Source: Octopus vulgaris
Lineage: Eukaryota
Length of the DNA stretch: 64,000 nt
Assembly (NCBI GenBank): GCA_951406725.2
Contig: OX597819.1
Span: forward strand, 53,444,001 to 53,508,000
Reading direction: 5' to 3'
A model generated the notes under the pieces. That model made no database searches. It saw only the letters and a program-made list of their open reading frames with translations, and was not told where the DNA came from. The first letter of the stretch is position 1; every line of letters begins with the position of its first letter. A program made the translations under genes and the position numbers. Shown piece by piece: positions 54,242 to 64,000 of the stretch.

Positions 54242-54978
54242 TAGTCTTCTCCATTTTTAATATATATATATATATATAAAGCATATATATATATATATAT
54301 ACATAATTATTTGAGGGAATATTATTCCTAACTTACAGGGAAAAATTCAATTTAGAAATACTAAATCAAATTTCACAATATATAGCTGTCCACCGAAGTT
54401 CCATATAATATGGGAATGAAAAAGGAAAAGGAGGAAAATACAATGTTACTAAAACAAAGACACATTCACAAGTAGACAAACAAATGGTTTGATTAGGGTA
54501 TAATCAATTTGGCGAGGAAACTAAAGAGAAAATATTACGACGATGACCACCACAGATCTACAATGGAAGAATTCACCACGTGTAGTTGAGGGTAAAGAAA
54601 TCGTTGAACGACAGTAAGTACGTCCAAAATTTATAAAGCAGTGACATACATACATACATAGATACTTGTAGCACACATGTATATACGTGCAGAGTGAAAA
54701 TAAATCACACTATTTAATGTGACGGACTACACTGCAAAAAAATCAAAAATTTCATTTCTGTTTACAAACTTTCTCCGTGTCTATACGCACAAATACTTTT
54801 ATGTATACACACGCAATATTTAAGAAAAAAAGGAATATACACAAAAAAGAACGAAACATGTGTATATACACACGCAATATTTAAGAACAAGGAATATACA
54901 CAAAAAAGAACGAATCAAAAACAAATATTTTATATTTTACTTTTATCGTATTGTTGTTTACATTTTCTGTCTCTACGG

Positions 54979-56016
54979 ATGACCAGAACCAACAGAATCG
55001 CCATGGTGAAATCCATAGCGGCGTGCGATAAGACTGGTCGCTGCTCTAAAATAGAACACTGCCCAGAAAATCACACCTGCCACATCTGTACGGAACCCGA
55101 AAATACGTTCCGTAATCGCTGGGTCGAATGTGGGACATGTCTCATCTCTGTCTGCCTCCAATGTGCCACGGACTTTCAGAAGATCCCAGGCCAAAAAAAG
55201 AGCCATCATAATGCTATGATGGATAGACTCTGGAAGATGGTTCAGCTTAAATCTTGGACTTTTCAGTGTCAGGCCTGCGTGCCTCCACAACCGACGATTG
55301 TGTCTCCCCCTGCCACTCCCGTGGAGGAGGCGGAACAGCAACAGCAGCAACAACAAAATCAACCACAACCAGAGCAGCAGCAACAACAACAGCAACAACA
55401 ACAGCAGCAGCAACAACTAGAGCAGCAGCAGCAGCAACAACAAAATCAACCACAACCAGAGCAGCAGCAACAACAAAATCAACCACAACCAGAGCAGCAG
55501 CAGCAACAACAACATCAACAACAACAACAGCAACAACAAAATCAACCACAACCAGAGCAACAGCAGCAACAACAAAATCAACCACAACCAGAGCAACAGC
55601 AGCAACAACAACAACACCAATTGACCAGTGCGGTTCTTGCAGAACTGCAACAATCGATCTGTGCTTTAAAAGGGGAAGTAGCAGGAATAAAAGCAACCAT
55701 TCAGGTTGGACTCCACAATGAGGGGTCTTATCGGAATGCTCTGCTAAAGAACCTCCCTGTACCTGTACCTCTTGTCGCATTTAAGACCGCGGATTCTGCC
55801 ACCCATGAAGTCATTGCCATTGGGGTGCCAGAAGACATGGCTGATCTTCAGGCTTTTGCTGCCAACTCAGCCAAAGACCTAGGCTGCGTTCCCCCAACGG
55901 GTGCTATCCGCCTTGGACGACCTGGCCCAAAACCTAGGCTCATCAAGTTGTCTTTTACGGACCCCACTGAGGCAACCTCTTTTGAGATAAACATAAAAGT
56001 AAGTATCTCAAGTTGA
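54979..56016 (+). CDS. Intact 345-aa ORF: PHD-like Zn finger, polyQ/NQPQPE repeats, coiled coil, LINE ORF1-like C-terminus; antisense in an SMG5 intron
   Basis: CHIC...WVECGTC.x4.CLQC...WTFQCQAC; five Qn-NQPQPE units; heptads LAELQQSICALKGEVAGIK; SYRNAL; AIRLGRPGPKPRLIKLSF, a motif typical of CR1/L2-type ORF1 proteins. Confidence 0.75.
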   Translation: MTRTNRIAMVKSIAACDKTGRCSKIEHCPENHTCHICTEPENTFRNRWVECGTCLISVCLQCATDFQKIPGQKKSHHNAMMDRLWKMVQLKSWTFQCQACVPPQPTIVSPPATPVEEAEQQQQQQQNQPQPEQQQQQQQQQQQQQQLEQQQQQQQNQPQPEQQQQQNQPQPEQQQQQQHQQQQQQQQNQPQPEQQQQQQNQPQPEQQQQQQQHQLTSAVLAELQQSICALKGEVAGIKATIQVGLHNEGSYRNALLKNLPVPVPLVAFKTADSATHEVIAIGVPEDMADLQAFAANSAKDLGCVPPTGAIRLGRPGPKPRLIKLSFTDPTEATSFEINIKVSISS

Positions 56017-56055
56017 TTGAACAGTTCTGTTCCAGAAAACAAATTTCTTACTTAC

Positions 56056-56181
56056 CTCTGTTGTTCAGGTGGGAGATCACGGGGAGATTTTTGAGATAAT
56101 TCAGTGAATCTTTTAAGATTTTTCTCCAATAGACGTTTTAAATTCCCATGGGCACCATCAAATGGCTTTTGGCTTACCAAA
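56056..56181 (-). CDS. SMG5: SMG5 exon (126 nt, phase 2/2)
   Basis: aaacag|...|gtaagt; LVSQKPFDGAHGNLKRLLEKNLKRFTELSQKSPRDLPPEQQR (SMG5 F.GA.GNLKRL motif). Confidence 0.95.
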
Positions 56182-56247
56182 CTGTTTTGGTAAATAAGAT
56201 ATAAAATAAGTGTTAGAGTCATTAAAGTATATATGAAAACATTAAAG

Positions 56248-56327
<80 letters not shown>

Positions 56328-56800
56328 TTAAAGAATGGGTTACATAAGCTCTTGATAATTATTCAGGTTGTGATGGTAAGTTAAAAACCAAGCACCAGCC
56401 TGAGTTCAATCCTGCCTCTTAAACAAGAAATGAAATTGTTTACTGCAAAATTAACCTTGATCAAATGAACCTATGATCAGATGTTCCAATAATACCTCTC
56501 TTTTTGCATATATCTACAACAACCATACCTAATGCATCCTTTCTGTTTTTAAGACGACAGGGTGAGATTTGAGGAAGATTTGACTGCTATTTTTAAGAAT
56601 GTCACAAGAGACGGCAGACTTGATCTATCATCTATTTGAACAGAATCTTGGATATCTTCAACAGAATTCACTCTATTGTAAGCATTCAGACCAGGTCTTC
56701 AGTCAGAATGCTTGGTCTCCAATCAGAATACTTGAGATATCTTTCTCTCTCTCTCGCTCCTTCCCACCAGTCTCAGAGACCCTGTAAAGACTCATAGGCA

Positions 56801-57205
56801 TCCTGACTATATAATAAAAAATGTAAAATTCTGTCTGTCCAGGACTCCTGTGTCTCAGTCTACATTTACTCTACATAGACATACCTTTTTGAAATTAGGA
56901 TGATCCCAGGATTGAAAATGAGCCTTTCATTTGGTTCTTAAACATCCAATGTTGGGATCAGCTCTGGATGAGGATTTGTTATATGCTAACAGTTGAAAAT
57001 TCAGATTTTAAAAGAACTCTCAAAATTTGTGAACTTAGAAGTTTTTCATTTAAATTGAATTTAAAGTAATACTATATTTGGTAGGGTAATGCCATATTGG
57101 TAGGTACCAATAAATGCTGTATTATTACTGCTCTCTTGAGTTTTGGGCCACAGGCCCAATTAGCCCTCCACAAGAGCCAGCTTAAAAGTCTGCAGCTTTT
57201 AAGCA
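56801..57205 (+). mobile_element. Non-autonomous Helitron-like relic; isolated 3' end also at 25977-26055
   Basis: 5' TC..ACTATATAATAAAA..ctgtctgtcc; 3' hairpins gggcc..ggccc and cttaaaag..cttttaag. The 26 kb copy ends ..aagttagt, close to CTAG. Confidence 0.5.
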
Positions 57206-58110
57206 CTTGTGATCAAGGAAGATTACTCTGCTTACCTTAGATGTAGTACCTACACCATACAATTTTGTGGTAAACAGTGTAAAAGAACAGTTCTAAAGAC
57301 ACATAATTAAATGAGTTATGTAAAAGCATCTAAATTAATTTTCTATCTTGTGAAATATTCCTATAACTAGTTCAGCATACACACACACACACGCATGCAG
57401 CTTATATAGAGACAGTGTAGAAGTTTTAAAATAAAAGATGAAGTTATTTTACCAATGGGTTCAATCTTGATCAAGTGCACTAATGACTAGAGGTATTCCA
57501 ACTATGACAAAACCATCTTTTAAGGGGTCATGTGTAATTCCCCTTTTTGAAAATAGTAGGGGGAGATCTGAGGGGTATTTGGCTGTTATTTCTAAGAACA
57601 CTGCTAAAAAACAATTCATTTGTTCTATAGTCTCAGGTCAGCAATGACTGAGTGAACATATGGTGAAAGACATTCTAGGTGTGATTATCTCATCTTATTT
57701 TCAGCATATCCAGCACCACATTATCCAATGTATCCTCTCTTCTTTTTAGACAGTTGGGTATGATTTATGGCAAATTTGGCTGTTACTTCTAGCATGTTGC
57801 TGTAGAGGATCCCTCACTAGTTTGCAAGAGATTGCTTAAAACTTAGACGCAGTGGGGTAATTTTATAATACCCCACTGTTTTATCATAAATTATATAAAT
57901 AATACGATAAAATTGTAACAATTAAAATTTTTATAATTTTATATTATTTACTGCTAACTCAAGTTTATCTTTAATATAACAAGGTGCTAAGGTGCTAATA
58001 TATTTTCAACAAACAGGTAATTTAATTAATCTTAAGCGATAGGTTAATGAAAAAGATCGTATATTTAATAAAATATAACCAGTATAATCAACTCCTTATC
58101 ATTAACTTAC

Positions 58111-58189
58111 CATCTTATATAATGGTAAGCTGCTTCTGTGTGGAAATAACGTGACGCAACCAAACTTCCCAACTGGTTGTGAGGTATAC
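58111..58189 (-). CDS. SMG5: SMG5 exon (79 nt, phase 1/2)
   Basis: ttttaag|...|gtaagt; GIPHNQLGSLVASRYFHTEAAYHYIRC, the EST1 G.P.NQLG motif. Confidence 0.95.
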
Positions 58190-60125
58190 CTTAAAAATAA
58201 AAAAAAAAATTGGAAAAATAGATTACATCAAGCACAAATTATTCTTAAACAACTATTAAAAATGTCTTTCTTTTTTTTAATTCCAGGCATTAACAACATT
58301 TGTGAACAGATTTACTTGTAAGCATTGTGGTACTTTGTTATGCAAACACAATATACTATGAAGTATAATAAATGTTTTTATAAGTCAGTATCACGTTCTA
58401 CTAGGTCAGCAGTGCTTCTTATATTATTTTTGTTAAGGCTGTCTCTACAGATATTCTATAGAACTTATAGCCAGCACTGATTTTTGCTACAACGTTTCAT
58501 TGTAAGCATTTCTGTTTACAAGTAAAGGCATTTATCGCTTTACAAAACATACTAATATATACCAAGGGAGATAACTGTTGACTATGTTATGATGCCATGT
58601 TATCTAATAAAAATTGCTAATACTTCAGAAAAAATCCTATGAACTTCACAGCACCATATTCCTCCTCTGTAAGTTCGAGAATATATGCATAATATGATAA
58701 ATTGTTGTTAGAATTAAAACAGCTTATGCCATAGCAACAACAATAAGCTCTCGGTAAAGAGATTCCCCCTGAAACTCAATTTAAATTCCAATTTAATATA
58801 AGGCTTTTTCATTCATTTAAGCAATTTATAATACACCTTTCCTGTAAAAATTTTCATAACTATGTCATCATCATCATTATTTAATGTCTGTTGTCCATGT
58901 TGGCATGGGTTGGACGGTTTGACTGGGCTGGTAAGCTGGAAGGCTGCATCAGACTCCAGTATGATTGGCATGATTTTCTACAGCTGGATGCCCTTCCTAA
59001 CGCCAACCAGAGTGTAGTGGGTGCCTTTACGTGCCACCGGCACAGGTGCTATTTGCGTGACATCAGGGTGCGTTTACGTGCAACCAGCATGGGTGCCAAT
59101 TTGCGTGACACCGGTATCTACCACGACTGCAATTTTGCTCAGCTTGATGGGTTTTCTTCTCAAGCACAACATAATGCTGTGAAAATATTTTTTCTTAAAA
59201 ATTCCTCAAAGGCGCAGGCATGGCTGTGTGGTAAGAAGTTTGTCTCCCAACCACATGGTTCCAGGTTCAGTCCCACTGCATGACACCATGGACAACTGAA
59301 GCCTTGTGAGTGGATTTGGTAGACAGTAACGGAAAGAAGTCTGTTGTGTGTGTCTTTGTGTATGTGTCTGTCTCCTGCTACTGGTGTGTTTAAATCCCTC
59401 ATAACTTAGCAGTTCAGCAAATGAGACCAATAGAATAAGTACCAAGCTTTACAACAAGTTACTGGGGTCAGCTCATTCAATTAAAATTCTTCAATGTGGT
59501 GCCCCAGCATGACCACAATCTAATGACTGAAACAAGTAAAAAGGAGGGGGGGAGCTTCAAATCATCTCAGGTGTCTTTAACAAAGATGGAAGATGAAATT
59601 CCACCACAAGTTCTAGTCCTTGTGGAGTGGTGACTTTGAGCTATTCCAGTAAAGCGCAAGCTCTTGGTAGGACCTCCCATGATGGACAGGTCAAAGGATA
59701 GAACCCAGACAAATAAAGACGACCTCCATGTAGAAGTTAAAGATGGGTTGGTGTAAGGTCAACACCCCTACCTAACAAAAAAAAATCGAAGTTACAGAAG
59801 CATTGATGACAATTCAGAATCAACAGGACCTGAAAGAGGAAGGCACCTTCATGATGCCGCATAATCCAAAAGGAGGAACCAAGATCCTGCATTATCTGTC
59901 AGGTTCTGACCCAGAACTCACAAAGGAGGGGGGAAAAGAGGATGCCCAAAAAATAGCTAGAGGCAGGATACCAAGGTAAAGCTGAAAAGGAAAGGATCCA
60001 GCTAAAGAGAAGCAGAGTCGTGAGCAGTGGAAGAGGGTCAGCAACAGCTAATGTTGCATAGGGAGTGAAGGTCTTCAGTAAATAAAGAAGATGAAATTAC
60101 TAAGAAATGAAGAGTTCAAACTTAC

Positions 60126-60215
60126 CAACATCAGGAAGGAGGCAAAGGGCTTGGTAATAAAAACGTTCAGCTGTGCTATTACTCAGACTATGGTCAAAGT
60201 CTTGTTGGTACCGGG
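60126..60215 (-). CDS. SMG5: SMG5 exon (90 nt, phase 1/1)
   Basis: tttcag|...|gtaagt; ARYQQDFDHSLSNSTAERFYYQALCLLPDV, matching recalled SMG5 AERFYYQAL. Confidence 0.95.
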
Positions 60216-61835
60216 CTGAAAATATAAATATATTTCACAATTATTTATAAAGAAATTATTTCATATTGAGAAATAACAAAGGATAGAAACTGAGTGTCTA
60301 AATAACAAGGGTTAATGTTTTAACCAGTTTTACATCCTATATTCCAAAGGCTACACGGATTGGTGTTTCTTATAGAATCCATTGAGCTGTGAGAATTTAG
60401 GCAAGTAAATTGTTGTGTTTAACTCTTTAGCATTCTGATTATTCTGTCAAGTGTAATGCTTGTTTATTCACATTACTTTGTATTAATCATGCATTACCAT
60501 GAAGCTTCAAAGTTTCGATGCTGTGGTTGTTTATTTCTAGAATAACAATGTAGCATAAGTGGAAGAGACCAGATCTAGCCAGTTTAAACATGAAACAAGT
60601 AGAATATCTGGGCCAGACATGGTCAGTTTAAATGCTAAAGGGTTAGTAAAATTAAGATGATTTTCAAGCTTTTATAACCTGTTCAGCATCATGGCAAAAA
60701 AGGAATCATCATCATCATCATTCAAAAGTCCCTTTTTCCATGCCTGCATTGGCCAGAGTTTATTGAGGTAGGCTTTCAAGAGCCAAATAGTTTTACCTGT
60801 TTTCCAGCAAGGTAATATCTCCCTATGTCCAGACACATTTTTTGCAGAATATTGGGGGGGAAAAAAGGTTTTCATTCACAAAAAAATGAGGAGACACAAG
60901 CGCATGCGCACACAGACACACACACAGAGTTCCTGCAGGTCAAATCCATTCACAAGGCTACAGAGCTTTAAAAGAAACTTGCCCAAGGTGCCATGCAGTG
61001 AGACTGAACCCAAAAGCATGTGGTTGGGGAGCAATCTGCTTAACCATGCTTGTATCTATATGGATGCAAATTATATTTTCGCCTTTCATTAATAAGGAAG
61101 GAGTGGTGGAATTTTCACTAATTTCATGGAGAGGGACTAGTATTTTCCAGTTTGAGATCAACTGGATTGCCTTACACAGCTTTAACTGAGCAGACCTATG
61201 AAGAGAAGGCTGATCAAACACCAGAAGCACTCCACAGGTATCAGTTTGCATAGAATTTGTACTCATGTACATTGATATTATTGTTAATGTTAAGGCAGCG
61301 AGCTAACAGAATCATTAGCATTCCAAGCAAAATGCTAATGGTCTTTTGTACATCTTTACATTCTGAGTTCAAATTCCATCAAGGTCGACTTTGCCTTTCA
61401 GGGTTGATAAAATAGATTGCGCACTGGTATCGACTTACCCCATCCCGCGAAAGTGCTAGCTTTGTGCCAAAATTTGAAACATGAAATTGAGTGACTGCGT
61501 TTGGAAGTTGATTTGTTGACACAAATTTGCCCAAGTTGTGATATAGTTCAAAGCTCTTTTTACACAAGCATTCAACCCGAATGAGAGAAGGGATATCATT
61601 GTTAACTAAGCCTCTGATTTACGTGACGTAAGGCTACTGCCTGACTGTATATTAGATTAGCAATAAATAGTAACAAGAATTCAATTAGGTCTCTAAACCA
61701 TAAATCAATAAACAATTCCCTGCAATTGACGTAAGTAGATTAATTTTTTCTTTTACTAACACTATTTTTAGTGCTATAAAAAGTTGCCTCCCTTGCATTA
61801 GAAACTGCGTTACAGCATGGTGCGCGTGCGCACAT

Positions 61836-61866
<31 letters not shown>

Positions 61867-63531
61867 CGGTTGTAGGTGTGAGAGAGATTTTTTTTTTTTT
61901 ACCTTGTAGTAATTGACAGAAACAAATAGGAAATTGCAACATTTTGTTTACAGGCAAACATCTCTTCAATAAAGACCTCATATACTACCTCTACGCTACC
62001 GTTACAAAATACAATTTTCCTATCTACTGCAAACTAATGACTAATGTCACTCTCTTAAATTATGTCCGGGGTGAATCTAATTGTCTTATGTTGTTATTTA
62101 GTATGTCCCAAGACAAAATAAATTATTCCAATAAAAGACCAAAATGAAAGACTTAAGTCATTTAAATAAACTGCTCTCTCTCTTATACACACACACACAC
62201 ATCAATAGAAATCAATATCTGGGAAATTCCTTTAAATGATGTATTAAAAAATGTTAAGGCAGCAAATTAATAGAATCTTTAGAATAATGCCTATCATTCA
62301 TTCCATCTTTCTAAGAGTTTTCTCTGAGTTCAAATCCCATGGAGGACGACTTTGCCTTTCATCCATTGGAAGTCAATAAAGAAAGTACTAAAAAAGCACT
62401 GAGGGCAAATCTCTCTCTCTCTCTCTCTTTCTCTGGTTTGTAACTTGTGATTAAAAAGTCTAGACTCGTCACTTCATCATGTTGGTTCAGCCAGAGAATT
62501 GCATTAAGCTCATACATGTCTGTGGAATACTCATCCGTTTACATGTTAACTTCATGACTAGGAATTCAGTTCGTCGAACAACTGAAAGCTCCTTGTCAGG
62601 AACAATGAATAAACCACCATCAAAAGAATGTATTTTATCATATATTAATTTATTTTATATAAATTTTTTAAAGGAAAGAAAATGAGATGGACAATATTCA
62701 TGCCTTACTCAAAAGGAAAGAAAGTATGAGTGTCACATCTTTATTTTCCCTTTTCTACAAAAGCTAAAATGCTGTGGCTATGATCCCCACCCATCAAAAA
62801 ACTGAAACTAAAAAGCTTTTTGCTGACTGAAAGATTCTAATCAAAGATACTGTTTTTGCTCAGTGTGATATCTTTTTAAATAAGGTTATCTCAGGCAGGA
62901 CAGTATCAAAAGGGTTTACACCGATTTACATTAAGAACTCTATAATATGTATTTTCCAGTGAGATTACAAAGCACAGTAGTATCATTTAATGTGCGTTTT
63001 TCATGCTGGCATGGGTTAGACAGTTTGACAGAAACTGCCAAGTCAGAAAAAGGAACTGTCAAGTGAGAAGCCCTGCTGTCTGCTTTGACATGGTTTCTAC
63101 AGCTGGATACCCTTCCTAATGCCAACCCCTCTACAGAGTGTACTGGGTGCTTTTTAATGGCACCTGCAGCAGAAGTCACCAAGTATCATGCAGGACAAGA
63201 CCCCTGAACTAGGCTGAATAGTATTGAGTGACAGAAAACGGTGTCTTGTGCAAAATTCAGTGTCAGTACTTGACTGCATGATTTTTAATTTCAAAACTTG
63301 TTACAGAGATTAGGTTCCTTTGCTAACAACAGACTACTCATATTTTACAGCAAAGTATTTATTTAAAAGTAAGAAAAGAATCCACTGTAGAAATAAATGT
63401 GCCTACATTAACCAAAAAAGAAAACATCCCCATATGTGTATGATAGAAAAAACAGTCCAGAAAACTGGAATTTAAGGGATATAATTTAAGGTTACCTAAT
63501 GATTCAAGCAAATTACATGTCTTTCACTTAC

Positions 63532-63639
63532 CAATATCTCCAAGGTAAACCAGACAACGATGGCATGCTCCTAATGCCCACTCTTGAACAGTAATGCTCA
63601 CCTCTTTCTTCTTTGAGTTATGCAATTGACTCTTTTTCC
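63532..63639 (-). CDS. SMG5: SMG5 internal exon, first in window (108 nt, phase 1/1)
   Basis: ttttaacag|...|gtaagt; translates KKSQLHNSKKKEVSITVQEWALGACHRCLVYLGDI. CHRCLVYLGD is the recalled SMG5/EST1 motif. Confidence 0.95.
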
Positions 63640-64000
63640 CTGTTAAAAAAAGATTAATATTTTAGATGGTAAAAGATTTATGTGAGAATATATAGGAATG
63701 ACTGTACATATAAAAATATATATTCACTTTTATGTCTTAAGTGCAGGCATGGCTGTCAGTTTAAGAAACTCACTTTGTAATCAGATGGTCCCACTGCATA
63801 GCACCTTCAGCATGTATCCTCTACTTTAGTCATAGGCTGACCAATGCCATGTGAGTAAATTTGGTAGATGGAAACTGTGGGGAAGCATGTCACATATATA
63901 TATATACGTCGTTCAATGCTTGAAATGAGGAGTAGCTGGACAGCTGACAACTGATGAAGGGTCATTCTTTATGTTACTTGCCCTGTTTTCCATTTATTTC

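Noticed and set aside
54973-55780. Poly-L, poly-V/A and poly-T/A ORFs overlapping the polyQ ORF
   Set aside because: Alternative frames of the CAA/CAG repeat.

Overview
AT-rich, repeat-dense animal genomic DNA. The SINE, RTE-LINE and microsatellite landscape suggests a coleoid cephalopod such as Octopus (inference). The window is the interior of a minus-strand SMG5 gene (NMD factor, EST1/14-3-3-like TPR region). I traced 14 GT-AG exons by hand from 63639 down to 9245; they join in frame to 2001 nt (about 667 codons). The start codon and the PIN-domain exons lie outside the window. The introns hold a dead 5'-truncated RTE LINE, many RTE-tail and tRNA-derived SINE copies, piggyBac/hAT/Tigger/mariner-type MITEs, Helitron-like relics and a Tc1/mariner transposase relic. 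The most unusual locus is 54.1-58.4 kb on the + strand, antisense to SMG5. There a complete type I hammerhead ribozyme fold lies about 750 nt upstream of an intact 345-aa ORF (PHD-like finger, polyQ repeats, coiled coil, LINE-ORF1-like end) that is bracketed by consensus splice signals and has no ORF2. Also seen: minimal hammerhead-like repeats, candidate poison exons, and inverted near-identical elements flanking a frame-shifting SMG5 exon. Most short ORFs in the track are microsatellite or repeat artefacts.
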